The notes: a model not told the origin generated them from the sequence alone. 64,000 bases of DNA from Eledone cirrhosa (GCA_964016885.1 OZ024741.1:138880001-138944000), one strand, 5' to 3'. Shown: positions 41,755 through 59,323, counted from the first letter of the stretch. Program-made: numbers and translations.

Positions 41755-44505
41755 ATAACTTTGAATAACTTTGAAATGTTTCGGCCAGTATTGGCCCAGG
41801 CAATGTCTAGCTTAATAGTAGCACGTGGCGAATTCTTTCAATTGAGGATTTGGGCACCATGGCCCATTCGAGAAGGGAATTACTGTTTGCGGAGACATAT
41901 CCGGGTGTGGGTGGTTTGTCCCGGATTACTTGGAGGAATTTGTCCAAAGACTTCTTGAATTGTGGTCAGTTTCAATTTTGACGTGTCCTGGTGTGATGTT
42001 GAATAGAGAAGGGCCAATTGAGGTGAAATAATTGTGCCGTATTGTTGTGATGAGTTGCGATTTAGATTTTTGTTTGGGACGGATAGCACGGGGCCCAAGT
42101 CTTGGGTGTATTTTGAAGGTGGTGCCAACATCATTTGGGCAGTGCTGATGAAACATTTTCCACATAATGCAGATAATATAACGCTCACGGCGACGTTGGA
42201 TTGAGTAAAGTTTCAGCTATTCTAGTCGACCCCAGTAGTCAAGGACTGACATGCCATCTATCTTTTCGTGATTGCCCTTTGGGGAGCTTCAAGTTTGATC
42301 ATACTTTGTTTCGTGCGGGGAGACCACAGTGGACAACAGTATTCAAGGTGTGGTCGGGCAAAAGTGGAGGATAGAAGGATAATGGTTTGGGAATCTCTCG
42401 ACTGGAAGGTTCTGAGGATCCAGGAACACATTCTGCGGGCCATGTCAACTTTGCTGCTTATATGCCTGGCCCAGCTTATGTTGCTGTCCACTGTTACTCC
42501 CAAGTCTCTGATGTTGTTAGATGCCACGAGAGTTTCACCGGAGGGAAGGGAGTACGGGAGTTTCAGAGCATCCTCTTTTCCAAAGTGGTTCAGTTCGAAT
42601 TTGTCTTCGTTCAGTAACACGTTGTTCTTTTCGGCCCATTGAGTAACAGCCAGTAGGTCTGACTGAAGGCTTATCCGGTCATCCACGCCATTGATGACCT
42701 TTTGGAGATTGGAATCATCAGCGAAAATTCTAATGTTGCTGTGTTTGATGATGTCAGTGATGTCATTAATATAGATGATGAAGAGAAGTGGGCCCAACAC
42801 AGTGCCATGTGGGACCCCACTACTGACTTGGGCTGGGCTGGATTTGACTCCTTCGACTACAATATGTTGGGTTCTGTTTGACAGGAAGCTCTTGATCCAC
42901 TGCAGCAGCTTTCCAGTGACTCCAATATTGGACAGTTTTTTCAGTCGAATGTTGTGATCAACCCTGTCAGAGGCCTTGCTGAAATCAAGATAGATAACAT
43001 CAGTGTTGGAACCCTCTCCCAAGGCTCTCAAAATATCATCAAAGTGATGCAGTAGCTGCGTCAGGCAATCCCTTCCATTACAGAATCCATGCTGGTTGGA
43101 GTTCAGCATATTGTTACTCTCAAGGAAGTGAGTCATAGCGATCTCACCACTCTCTCAAATACCTTAATGATATGAGAGGTGAGTGAGATTCGACGGTAAT
43201 TCACGGCAAGGGATTTGTTTCCTTTTTTGAAAACTGGGACAACAGACTGGGATAGAATGTTTTCTGGCACATATCCAGCATCCAGTGAGTTCCACCACAG
43301 ATTGGCAAGAGGAGATGCAAGTTGGTGTTGACACGTCTTCAAGGCACAAGCAGGGAACCACTCGGGACCTACTGCTGAATTATGCTTGATTTCCTTTATT
43401 GCCGCTAAGACATCATGGGCGCCGAACGTTATGTCCGATAAAGTGTAATGGGGAGTAACATCGCCGATACAGCCCAGATCGGCCATATCAGGATTGCTGA
43501 AAACAGAGCAGTATTGTTTCTGCAGTATCTCACCCATGGTTTTAGCATTGTCTTGAAGAGTGCCATTTTCATCAATTAGTGGGCCAACAGTAGAGCCAGT
43601 GATTTTGTGTTTTTTTGCAAATGAAAAGAACACTTTGGGATTGAGTTTGATCTTCTCAATTGCCCAGGCCTCTTCAGCTCTTCTCTGATTGTTGATGATA
43701 GACATCATATTGTCTTGGAGGTTATGTTTTTTAATCTCTAGTGATGAATGGCAGTCAAGTTGATGTGGTGCTGTTGACAGTATTTCAGCTTGTTGATTTT
43801 TTTGTTAGTTCTCTTAATTTTTCTGATGAGCGTTTTTCTATTTCTAGGTATTCTGCTCTTAGATTTGTTCATAGTTCTTAATGGGGTGTATTTTGCACAT
43901 ATGTTTGTAACAGGGTCCACAAATGTCTACCAGGATTTTTTGATGTTAGTGGGCGTGAAGGACCAGTCGACATGTGCAAGATCATGACTGATCGCTTCCC
44001 AATTTGCATTGTGGAAATCCATAGCGTCAAACGAATGGACAGGAGAGATGACATTGGGTTTGTATATTGGACGGTGGAATCTCAGATCACAGAGAACCAT
44101 GTCATTATCAGAGAGTAGAGTTTTCTCCACTGCAATACTGTGGATAGTGTCAGTGTGATTGCTGAAAATTAAGTCTAGGACGTTTTTGTGGCACCTCGTT
44201 GGTTCGAGCACCAGTTGGGTCAGGGAGAAATCATCCATGAAGTCAAGAAGCGATTCCACTGCTTCTCTGTGAGAGGTTGAGGCAGAAGAACCCTGGTGGC
44301 AGGCTGTTTGTGGACCAGTCAACTACGGGGAGGTTGAAGCCCCCCATCATTAAGATGCTGTCAGGGTGACACTCTTGGATGAAACACTTTATGCTGTTGA
44401 GGAATTCCTTGAAGCATCGTAGAGGCGTTTGGGGTGGCCTATAGAGCCCAACTGCTATTAGGTTGTTGGTTTGACTGAATACAGTGACTGCTTCGCAGTA
44501 TCCAT
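41755..44505 (-). mobile_element. CR1/L2/Jockey-group LINE ORF2 remnant (APE + RT), frameshifted
   Basis: APE end (PTR..NVLDLIFSN..SDNDMV); RT motifs NYRRISLTS, QHGF, YLDFSKASDRVDH, SGVPHGTVLGPLLF, FADD, HLEYCCPLWSP. Confidence 0.9.
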
Positions 44506-44534
44506 TAGTAAATATTAGTATATATATACATTAG

Positions 44535-44602
<68 letters not shown>

Positions 44603-44644
44603 CACATATATATGTGTGTGTGTGCATGTCTGTGTGTACATAAA

Positions 44645-44839
<195 letters not shown>

Positions 44840-44854
44840 ATATATATATATGTT

Positions 44855-44887
<33 letters not shown>

Positions 44888-44888
44888 G

Positions 44889-44922
<34 letters not shown>

Positions 44923-44934
44923 TATATACATATA

Positions 44935-44986
<52 letters not shown>

Positions 44987-44994
44987 CACACATA

Positions 44995-45106
<112 letters not shown>

Positions 45107-45115
45107 GATATATAC

Positions 45116-45194
<79 letters not shown>

Positions 45195-45396
45195 GAGAGA
45201 GAGAGAGATAATTTAATATATCAACTAACACAGGCGCACAGATGCACGTCCATGCCAGCAAATACACAGGTTATGTCATAGTACCTAGGTGGTTCAATGC
45301 AGGAGGGTGCAGACACAATAATATAAAAGACGTAAGATAAGAAAATATTTTTTAAAGAATTTTTAAAAATTTGTTTACTTACTTACTTAAATTTTC

Positions 45397-45478
45397 ACTC
45401 CAACTAATTTGTTTCTGCAATGGGATAAAGACAGTTACGTAATCCAACTGTCGAGAATTCATTGCGTCATCAGGGAGT
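45397..45478 (-). ncRNA. Hammerhead ribozyme motif, copy 1
   Basis: actcc-CTGATGA-cgcaatg..gacagtt..aactgtc..cattgca-GAAAC-aaatta-GTT-ggagt. Confidence 0.8.
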
Positions 45479-45949
45479 CTATTCTCAGCTGAGTCTCCAG
45501 GCAATGCGCGGACACTGGCGGCTCATATAAAAATAATAATAATTCGGTAGAAAGAACAGCTGGCGAGGACTGGATTCCATGTACTGAAATTCTCACTGCT
45601 TCTAGTCAAATGGCCGATTCTAAAGAATCAATCACGTGACACAGAGGCTAGTTAGAAGGAATGGGATGGTAAGATGACTGACGCCTACTAACACCCCAAC
45701 AAAATTTGGAAGTGGTTTTGGCAGGTTTGCTCGACAAATCAGTGATTTGGAGATAAATATAGATAATTTAATATATCAACTAACATAGGCGCACAGATGC
45801 ACGTCCATGCCAGCAAATACACAGGTTATGTCATAGTACCTAGGTGGTTCAATGCAGGAGGGTGCAGAACAATAATATAAAAGACGTAAGATGAGAAAAT
45901 ATTTTTTAAAGAATTAAAATTTTTTTTTTACTTTCTTACTTAAATTTTC

Positions 45950-46031
45950 ACTCCAACTAATTAGTTTCTGCAATGGGATAAAGAGAGTTACGTAATCCAA
46001 CTGTCGAGAATTCATTGCGTCATCAGGGAGT
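45950..46031 (-). ncRNA. Hammerhead ribozyme motif, copy 2
   Basis: As copy 1, with a fully palindromic stem III region aactaattagtt. Confidence 0.8.
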
Positions 46032-46175
46032 CTATTCTCAGCTGAGTCTCCAGGCAATGTGCGGACATTGGCGGCTCATATAAAAATAATAATAATTCGG
46101 TAGAAAGAACAGCTGGCGAGGACTGGATTCCATGTACTGAAATTCTCACTGCTATATATATATATATATATATAT

Positions 46176-46892
46176 ATTAGAATTGGAGCTCTGAAATATC
46201 AATATATATATGGTTGTATATATAATGTATTTTGCAATACACTTTATGCTTAATTAAAAGCATTTTGAAGACCGTAAGCTATTGTTTTAAAGTAGTGACA
46301 AATTCACTTACTTTGATCTCAGCAAACAGGGGAGATAAACCGACAAGTCTTGTTTCGCTTTGGTTGAAGCTTATCAAGGCCAACTACCCCTCCTGTCTAC
46401 CGAGATCACTGATGTTATATTCTTATAGAAATCTAGTAAATAATCAGGAGCTGATTATGCAGAGCGGTTGTTGGTCAGGCAGAAATTAAAAATTAGAATT
46501 GGAGCTCTGAAATAGCAATATATATATGGATGTATATATAATGTATTTTGCAATACACTTTATGCTTAATTAAAAGCATTTTGAAGACCGTAAGCTATTG
46601 TTTTAAAGTAGTGACAAATTCACTTACTTTGATCTCAGCAAACGCTCTGCATAATCAGCTCCTGATTATTTACTAGATTTCTATAAGAATATAACATCAG
46701 TGATCTCGGTAGACAGGAGGGGTAGTTGGCCTTGATAAGCTTCAACCAACGCCAAACAAGACTTGTCGGCTTATCTCCCCTGTTTGCTGAGATCAAAGTA
46801 AGTGAATTTGTCACTACTTTAAAACAATAGCTTACGGTCTTCAAAATGCTTTTAATTAAGCGTAAAGTGTATTGCAAAATATATTATATATA
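46176..46892. mobile_element. 316-bp unit x1.5 followed by an inverted copy; degenerate HHR
   Basis: attagaattggagctc at 46176 and 46492; 46643-46892 is inverted; - strand ggcc-TTGATAA-gcttcaaccaaagc-GAAAC-aagactt-GTC-ggtt at 46338-46381. Confidence 0.8.
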
Positions 46893-46935
46893 CATATATA
46901 TATATATATATATACATATATTTATGTACACACAG

Positions 46936-46972
<37 letters not shown>

Positions 46973-47495
46973 TATATACCTATATGTATTGCATTTATCG
47001 ATATTTATAGACATTCTGTATTATCTTTGACGGAAGTATATGCTTATTTCAGTCATTTTAGTACTATTCTATTGCCATTCTAAATATTCCTGATAATCTT
47101 TCCTGTCACAGAGCCGGGATTGATTACTTTGCTATGTTTACATCATAGCAGATTTGATGACAGATAAATGTCGTTTAAAACAGTCAATTTTTTGTAATTT
47201 TCTTAGTTTGATTTCTTTCCTCTCTGCATTGTGCCTTACGTTAGCGATATCAGTGAAGTACTACCGGTATTAAAGTAAATGCAATTGATTTAGCGGTCTT
47301 CGGGTCACGGTTGTACGGTTTTGAGTTCAATTCAATAACCGTTTTGCACATTGTGTCCTTACGTCTTTACGTATATTTAACTTTGGTGCAGTCCATTTGG
47401 AAATAAAACATTAATTGCAACATTAACTGAAAGGACTAGCCTTTTCACAAAAGTAACTGCGAGATGTTCAACCTCTTATATTTTGATGTACGATA

Positions 47496-47862
47496 CAGAC
47501 CTGCCAACCTCTAAAAACCAAAACGGGGAGTACCATGAAAAACGTGCCCCAAATAGGGGAGAAATGAAACAAAATGGGGAGATTTAAATAATTGTTTCTA
47601 CTTTAGGCACAAGGCCAGCAATTACCCAGTGCATTACTGGTACTTTATTTTATCGACCCCGTAAGTTTGAAAGGCAAAGTCAACCTCGGCGGGATTTGAA
47701 CTCAGATCGTAAAGGGACGTAACTATGCTAGAAAGCATGGCGTCCGACCCTTTACTGTTAAATAATGATAGCTATACCCATTTTCACAAGAGAAGACATC
47801 TCTACCCACACCGAAGTGGGTGGGAAATCTCTCCCGTCGGATGGGGAGATTTGACAGGTGTG
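47496..47862. mobile_element. Probable hAT-type MITE with nested SINE
   Basis: Ends cagacctgccaac ... tttgacaggtgtg form imperfect TIRs; no 8-bp TSD seen. Confidence 0.45.
47588..47757 (-). mobile_element. SINE family A
   Basis: Identity to other copies. Confidence 0.85.
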
Positions 47863-48213
47863 ATGTTGGTGCGTGCCTATATTTCAACTTATTATGATCT
47901 ACGTACGTGGAATCTGAGGAAAAACCCGACTCTTGCACATGAATTTCAAGAACACGCTGAGACATAAATTGAGGCATACGCTGAGGCATAAATTGAATCC
48001 ACAACGTCGAAACTGACGAAGGTCCAACATGAAAAAAGATTATATGTATCAATAAGTCCTTTACTTTAATACATACACATGCACACGCACGAACACACGT
48101 TGACACACCCTCCCATATATCATTGCATATGTATATATATATATATATATATAAAGATATATATAACATATGTATGTATATATATATAACATATAGACAT
48201 TTACATGCATACA

Positions 48214-48269
<56 letters not shown>

Positions 48270-48282
48270 CATACATACATAC

Positions 48283-48699
48283 ATGGTGGCTGCCAACTTG
48301 TTTTCGAGTACGGCCACTACATTATATCCATGTAGGAAAACCCCTACCGATGCGCTGAACGAGTGTGACTTTTTAGTCCAGCCAGCGACTTGAAAACTCT
48401 GGTACAAAACACTACACTTGTGACAATTATTGACACATAGTATTGGGCCCATGGTACCCTGTGGTGACAAGTGCAGAAAGATCTCCAGATATAAAGCAAT
48501 GCCTGTGCCGTGAAGCTTTTACAGTGAGCAAAGGCACTGCACAAAGCCAGTCCCACTCTCTTAAACAAGATGATATTTACCAAAAAGAAGAACAAGTCAA
48601 CATCACTGGATACCATCAGGGTTGCAGGTGTTATATCAGAGTTTTCCTTCTCCTAGAATTTTGCCTTGACAAAGGCTAAGGTGTCATCTCTCCCGGAAG

Positions 48700-48700
<1 letters not shown>
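48283..48700 (-). mobile_element. Probable RTE/BovB-like LINE 3' remnant
   Basis: Broken C2H2-like end CSV/CTRVFKSLAGLKSHTRSAHR* followed by a short UTR; upstream part unresolved. Confidence 0.4.
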
Positions 48701-50906
<2,206 letters not shown>

Positions 50907-53900
50907 CGATATATGTACTAATAGTGAGAAATGAAATTTTATTGTTTCCATTTATATATATATATTATACTTTCACAGACATGTATATACTCTTACTTAC
51001 TATATTATTACTGATGTCAATATGATGGAAATATAAATAAGTTTGTTTATATTTCACATCAACAGTACTGCATCAAAGATGTTGAAGCCATTGGTGCGAA
51101 AAATATGAAACTGAACTTATCTGACGGATGGATGTGACGTTGAAAACTAATTAAACTGTTGATAAAACTATTTCATTGAACGTAGCAAAATATTTAGAAG
51201 ATTAACAAATCATTAAATCGTTTATATATTCTTTTCGTTCTGTTTAATTATTTCGATTAATGATATTTTAAAATCAATTACTGGAATATATGTTTATATT
51301 AAAGTTATTTTTCGTGTTTTTAATTTTGCTTTTGTTAATACATTAACAAATTTGTATTATCTAAAAAATATTGACAAATTTTCACATCAGTATTTCGCAT
51401 ACATGAAATATAAAATAGCGAATTGCTTTTAAAATTATAGAAATGTGGTGAGGCGTTATTAGGTTTGGGGCCTCCGCCGGTTGTGATGACAAATGTCCCG
51501 AGTGTTGAGTAACAGGATATGTACAAGAAATTTCATAAAAATATGTATTTTTAATGTTATTCTAAAGAACAATCAACTGGCCATTAAATTAAAGGTGATA
51601 TTTTCTTCAATCAGAGTAGATTAGAGCAATGGAAATTAATGTCACTTGCTCAAGGACACAACGACAATGCAATAGTGCACCAAACACGCAACATAATTAG
51701 GTTCTCACTATTTCAGTCACAGAACCTGAATTCGAAAACCTATTTGATACCTATTTGTAAAGTATGATATGCTACTAGGTATAAAATTAGTAGCATAGCA
51801 TAAATTAGAATACGAAATATTGTTATTTGTATTTCCATCTATATTGAAGAAATGGTAAAACAGAATCAAATTGAAACATGCATTTGGAGTTTTCTGGGAA
51901 TGTTGTTATTAATTTATTTGTAAAGAAATAAGGTACGAATTTCCAACTTTTCTCATTTTGAAATAGAAGCTTGCTCCTTCGTCTTACACGTAATTTTATC
52001 TCATGGATATTTTGTAGAGCCAAGTCTTTTTCAATATTACTTTCGTTCGGTTATAATATATATATTCTATATAATTCATTTGCTTGTTGAACTCGTCTTG
52101 TAATGTGTAACGTACTGCCACTCCAAGGAAATTGATACACCCTACACGCAAGGGTTTTGAATATCGTGAGAATGCCGATCCAAATATGGTTGTGTTTATT
52201 TCATGCAGCGAATTGGCAAATATTTGACGGTGCCAGCCAGATTTTTGCCCGGTTAATGGGCCCTGTTTTTAAAAACCGCCGAAGACAACATTGCTTTTCA
52301 CGCTTTCGGAGTCGATGAATACCTATTGATTCATAGGAATATGGCTTGGTGGAATAGTTCTGAAATTATGCGGAATACTTTGTGTTATCTGGTTTTCTTC
52401 ACTAAATTATATTATTTTTTTATTCTCTATACCTTGGTAAGCACGGTGAGTTGAAATCTCTACACCACACACGTAGTATTGAATTCTTTCGACGTGTGAT
52501 TGAAACACATGATCTTGTTCTTCAACATGTATAGTTAGAAGATGGTGGGTGTGATTTGTGTGTGAATTTACTTCTTTCTGGCAGGAAGAGAAATCATGTA
52601 GAGTCTCTCAAATCCCTGACTGCACACGTGCGATCAATGGCAGTGTTTAAAATGAGAATATTATATGCAATTTTAGTTAAGATTTATTACTATAAAATGG
52701 AGTAGCTTCGTGTCGCTTCTAGCCAACCTTTCAACAATAGGATGAATTAAAAGAAGCACAGAAAAACGAGAAACAGTTAGAAATTTTGAGATAACACCTG
52801 ACCACTCAAATGTTAGGAAAATTTACACAGAAAAATGCATATCACCAAATATTATTTAAATTGAAACCTGAAGTAAATTGGAGGAATACAATTGATAAAT
52901 ACAAATTCGATAATTTATGACAAGTTATTTATTCTATCACAGCCAAATAGCACAACGCCAAGGGCCACTGAGCTGGGTCTAAACAGAATAAATTTATTAA
53001 CATATTTTATAAACACGGAACGCGCTGTGACATTTTACCTCTATGCAATATTTCAAATTTCCGAATAAGATTACTCATCAAACTAAAGGAATAGACTTTC
53101 GTATATAACAATAGCACTACACATAGTTATCAAAAAATTGAAGGAATCGAAATATAAAGGGTGTGTTTTCTACGCACAAATGAATCTGTTAACATAATTT
53201 AGTGTAAAGAACACAATAGTTAGTGTGTTGTTGTGTATATTGATCGTTTCACTCTAATCAATTGACATTAATATGCCAACATCGAATGCATTTCATAGAT
53301 GAAAATAAAAAAAAAACATGTATAAATACTTGAACCATAGCCGAGAGTAATAATTGAAGTAAAACGAAATCAGTTTTTCGATTAAACTAAATTATATATG
53401 AAGGACTTTATATGATTTATAGTTATATCTTATGATTTTATTAAAAATGAATATATCTGTGTGGGCGTTTGTATGCTTTATAGTATTTGAAAGGTTATCC
53501 CTTTTTATTCTCATATTTTCACATTTTAATTATATCACGTATTATTTTATTCGTTTAAAATGTTCTGTCATTAGACTGCGGACATGCTAGAGCATCGAAT
53601 TGAAAATATTGTTTGTCCTATCGTTATCGACACGCATATATACACCAGCACACACACACATAAAGACAGAAACATGGTACATTCATTTGTTATTTACCAT
53701 TAGCTGATTCTTGTGACCAGTTTCCAACATATTTTGTGCTACAGAATAAATTGTTATCATATTTTGCAGGTATAGTGTAAAGTTATTATTGTGAAAACAT
53801 GACAAATTTTATTGTGATACTCAAGAAAAAAGTTATGGCAATGAATTCATGACACGCAGTTTAAGGCACTCAGAGAACAACAAAATATTCACTATATATT

Positions 53901-54011
53901 AATATTCATAAAAGTTAAAACGTTCCAGGTTTATCATTTTGGAGATCATAGCTAGATATGATATAAACAAAGCATATTCAATAACTGAAGAAGGAGGTAA
54001 TGATATATTCC

Positions 54012-54063
<52 letters not shown>

Positions 54064-54114
54064 AGCTTCTACAGGACTAGAACTGTTTCATTCGTGAGAA
54101 ATCATCAGGAAGCT
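54064..54114 (-). ncRNA. Hammerhead ribozyme motif (family of 32890-32940)
   Basis: agcttc-CTGATGA-tttctcacgaat-GAAACAG-ttctagtc-CTGTA-gaagct. Confidence 0.82.
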
Positions 54115-54311
54115 CATCAGATTTCTCACGAATAAAACAGACCTAGTCCTGTAGAAGCTCTATTAAAAGTGTTATACTCTGCTATGTATTGAGTACCTAC
54201 TTACTGTGGTTACCTCCAATTCAACCCGGAATAACTTATATTTATATATATATATACTAACTGAAGAAGGAGGTAATCATATATATTCATATATATATGT
54301 ATATATATATT

Positions 54312-54456
<145 letters not shown>

Positions 54457-54565
54457 CTTTATAGCCGGTTTCTGTAGGATATGGTGTTCAATTCCTCAAA
54501 GCAGGTGATGACAACATCCTTTTCCGTCTATAAATTGTTTCTACTCAGTTCTTAAGCTATCATTA

Positions 54566-54748
54566 TGGATTGGCAGTATCGGTAGAGGGTCGGACGCCAT
54601 GATTTCCAGCATAGTTACGTCCCTTTACGATCTGAGTTCAAATCCCGCCGAGGTTGACTTTGCCTTTCATCCTTACGGGGTCGATAAAATAAAGTACCAG
54701 TAATGCACTGGGTAATTACTGGCCTTGTGCCTAAAGTAGAAACAATTA
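54566..54748 (+). mobile_element. SINE family A, near full length
   Basis: A-box-like tggcagtatcggtag, B-box gagttcaaatcc, Nin-like domain. Confidence 0.88.
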
Positions 54749-55409
54749 TATAGCATTTTTGTGATTGACCACTCAATATAAACTAGCAAAAAACCACTCC
54801 GCTGGTGGTTTTTTCTGCTAGCATGTGTAATGTGCATATTGATATTATACGTAAATATATATACACACATATATATATATATATGGTACATCAAATGAAA
54901 TCGTAATTGACAATATGGACGGAAATTGAACGATGTCTGCGTTAACTGTCTTATGGAATCAGTAAAGTAATCCATGATACATTAAAAAGAGACGATATTA
55001 TATATAAACTGCATTAGGAGAAATATTAGTAACGGAAATATATGAATGTTTATATAAGCGATCGCATAGTTGAAATGTTGACATTTGAAAATTCTAAAGG
55101 GCTGAATCTTAGAATAAGCAATGAAATTATTTATAATTAATCAAGAGTTACAACATTTAGTAGATGAATTATGTAATATTCATTCATTATTTATTCAAAA
55201 TAATCCAACTTATCTTACAAACGGGCTAAGAACATATAATCTCCACGCAGACCTGAACTCCTTTCTTTATTGTAGTTAAGATATATATATATATATATAT
55301 ATAGTAATAATAAATGTGAAGACTAAAATCCTAAGATAAAGTTTATATGTACAAATACATACATACATACACTCACATACACACACGCACTCGCATGCAC
55401 AAACACGCA

Positions 55410-55459
<50 letters not shown>

Positions 55460-55481
55460 GAACGTGTCTGGAAAGTGTTGT

Positions 55482-55584
55482 TTCCCTGAGGAGTTCCTTG
55501 AAAAGCTGGTGTGCCTCACAACATTATTACACATCTGTAATGTGCAATTGTTGCAAACTGACCAGCGAAACTGTACAGTCGGGA
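55482..55584 (+). ncRNA. Hammerhead ribozyme motif with long stem II in a ~185-bp TA-flanked element
   Basis: ttcc-CTGAGGA-..gctggt...accagc-GAAAC-tgtaca-GTC-ggga; the element 3' end recurs inverted at 56835-56890. Confidence 0.65.
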
Positions 55585-55656
55585 TTTTGAGAAAAAATAG
55601 GTATATATCTGTGCCTATTACTTCTTATTTTATGATTTGTTATATATACATATATG

Positions 55657-55808
<152 letters not shown>

Positions 55809-55970
55809 AAGGAATAGAATGAAACAAAATTTCATTTCTCACTCTTAGTACGGCTGAAACTTAAATGTAAGTATGTATGTTTACGTACACACACACGCAC
55901 ACACATACACACCCATACACATACACACATACACACACTCACACACACATACCCACACACACACAAACAA

Positions 55971-56005
<35 letters not shown>

Positions 56006-56007
<2 letters not shown>

Positions 56008-56107
56008 TTATAAGAACAGATTAAAGTTTAAGCAAAGGATCGGTGCTTTCACACTTAACGGTAACTTCTGAAACTCTTTGCTTAAACCTTAATCAGTTCT
56101 TATAATA
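56006..56107. mobile_element. Miniature fold-back copy of the 40.1/41.1 kb element terminus
   Basis: 32-bp imperfect inverted arms around gctttcacacttaacggtaacttctgaaact. Confidence 0.7.
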
Positions 56108-56138
56108 AATATTTTCTCTACGGGTTTTATATATATAT

Positions 56139-56823
<685 letters not shown>

Positions 56824-57674
56824 GTATGTATATATAACAAATTATAAAATAAGAAGAAGTAATAGGTATAGACTCATACCTATTTTTTCTTTGTGTGTGT
56901 CTAAATAAGAATGTACGTGTTGTATTGTTTCGGAGCTTGAATCCACTCAGCTGTAACATGAAGTGCACCTATAGATTCAAGTGACTGGTATTTTCACATA
57001 ATATGCAGGTTATTCTGGAAAACTCTGTACATTATTTGTTAATTTTAGTAGCAGTCTTTTACTTTCTTTGAATCAAATAGAGTAGTCACCGTCGGAAACC
57101 ACTTAGGTCACACAATATATGTCTCACTCTGTCTCAATACATATTTATATGTACATCTATATGCAATTTCAGCAAATATATTGATGCATCTTTAATGTCT
57201 TTATAAACTTACTCTCCTGAATCGATTAGCTAGATATCAGAATTAATGTTTAGATTGGTTCTAATTCCAGAATACGGATGGGTTTTGTCATAGTTCATGC
57301 ATATTTTTCTTTTATATCTAATCGTATTCAGAAATATTTTATCCCAAATCACATCGTATTTTTTCCCTTCTTACTTCGTTTTTGTGCTTTTTACCATAAA
57401 TACTTCAAAGAATTGTTGTAATGTACCACCCTACATTGAGGGATTGTAATAATGTATTTCAAGAGGCCACAAGTGAATATGTTTTTCAAGCTTCGCTGCT
57501 TAAATATAATAGAGGAGTCGATGCTTCATTTTTATTTTCATTTTTGTCCACCGTTATATCTTGAGATTAATATTTTAGAGATTATAGTGCTATCGTGCAT
57601 TTATAATATAACACGGCTGTTGCTTGTTTTGGAAAATAGCTACCATATATATATATATATACACACCATATATA

Positions 57675-57985
57675 TATATTTGAAAAGGGAAGTAAGGTTC
57701 TATACAAAACAATGGTTATACAGAAAAGTGAGATTGGAAATAACACTGAAAATATATTTAAGGGTCTGTTTTTCATTTTTTCCTTTTCTTTGTTTCGTCA
57801 AAGTGGCATTATTAAAATAAAGTGCTATAATGTATATAAAGTTTATAGAGTATTACCGGTTTCGATGTATTAGTAACATTCATCTGATCAAATGTTGAGT
57901 ATTACAATTAAACAGAATTAATAAGGATTAAAAACTAAAAATTAAAAATTCAATATCAAGCGTTGAGGTAAGATTTTGCATCTGA
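57675..57985 (-). mobile_element. Non-coding repeat with degenerate HHR (57849-57889)
   Basis: CAGATGA-atgttactaatacatc-GAAAC-cg-GTA; homolog at 3118-3358. Confidence 0.5.
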
Positions 57986-58928
57986 ACATTTTAGTCTCGT
58001 TCATGCTACAATAAAGCATGTTGTCTGACGCTCTACTGATACTTCCAATCCACTAATAATATGAACAATATGTCAAATTTTCATTACGTTTATTTATGTG
58101 CGACGCGTGTTTCGTGATAGATCACCTCAAATTTCGATGTATGTCGATCGGGCCCGACTCTGGAAACAAAAGATCATCATACTTCTGTTAGCACAATGAG
58201 GGAATGAGTATCTTAATTAGTGTGGTTGCCCCGATTTACCTTGGAATACGCACACACACACACCCATGCACCCATGCACACATACACACACACATACATA
58301 TATATATATGTATATGTAAACTTAAGGAAAATAACAATGAGAAGACACGACAACGAACTAAAAACAATTTTTTATTTGAAATTAAAAAGATTGTTTTTTT
58401 TAATAAAAATATGGCCGTCGTGGTGGACTTTGGCAGTTTTGACCCCTACCGAACGTACTGCTGGTCCAACCGGAGTCACAGCGCCTGACACAAGCTAAAC
58501 GTTGTGCAGTGGAATAAGAGACCAGACACAAAACATTAATATATAGCAATGATGCTACAACTAGTGTGCATAGTGTTTTATGTGAAGTTAGAGAAAATGT
58601 GTGGTGCCTCTTATAGCAGGAGAGTCATGAATGAAACAAAGAAACAAAGAAAAACCAAAGGAACAAAAAGGACATGAGGAAGAAAATAAGATATTGCGTT
58701 GAAAAATATGTAAGCCATCGCAATAAATAGCGGTGGCGGGGTGAGGAATAACACCTTGTTCATATTAGTATTGATAAACTGGAGAAAAGTAACATAGGGA
58801 GGACAGGACAAAGAAGGGAAACAATTTTTGGAAAAATTTCAATATTCCAAACTAGTCTAATATCTTCGTCAACTTTTCAAATTATGTATTCTGATATTTC
58901 AAAGATATATATAATTGTCTCTAAAGTA

Positions 58929-58995
58929 CCAGCAATTACCCAGTGCATTACTGGTACTTTATTTTATTTACCCCGTAAGTATGAAAGGCAAAGTT
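58929..58995 (-). mobile_element. SINE family A internal fragment
   Basis: Identity to other copies. Confidence 0.75.
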
Positions 58996-59128
58996 ATATA
59001 TAATAAACATCTATGAATATTGTAAATATTTTCATTGTACCATTTAAAAACAAACTACTGTCATTAGCATATATATAGCAATAATAAAAGATTAAGTAAC
59101 TGGCCCTCATGTTAAAACGATATATATA

Positions 59129-59197
<69 letters not shown>

Positions 59198-59323
59198 ATA
59201 TATACATATACACATACACACATACACACACACACAAACGCACACACACACACATATGTATTTATTTATATACACACATTCATGTACATGTGTGTGTGTG
59301 AGTGTGTGTCTATTTATATGTAT

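Larger units (their letters stand above)
45206..46153 (-). mobile_element. Retrozyme-like tandem: ~555-bp unit x1.7 with two HHRs
   Basis: agataatttaatatatcaac at 45206 and 45761; microsatellite-flanked; no ORF. Confidence 0.85.

Noticed and set aside
47905-48030. CTGAGGA...GAAAC..GTC as an HHR
   Set aside because: No convincing stems I or II; similar weak cases at 5570-5625, 16320-16365, 23090-23125 and 59015-59070 were also left out
52730-52920. ELKEAQKNEKQLEIL peptide, Gypsy-like or exon
   Set aside because: Interrupted by stops, no diagnostic motif
54566-54650. tRNA gene
   Set aside because: A/B boxes belong to a multi-copy SINE; no cloverleaf
54783-54821. Hairpin followed by a T-run resembling an intrinsic terminator
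   Set aside because: Eukaryotic DNA; isolated small inverted repeat
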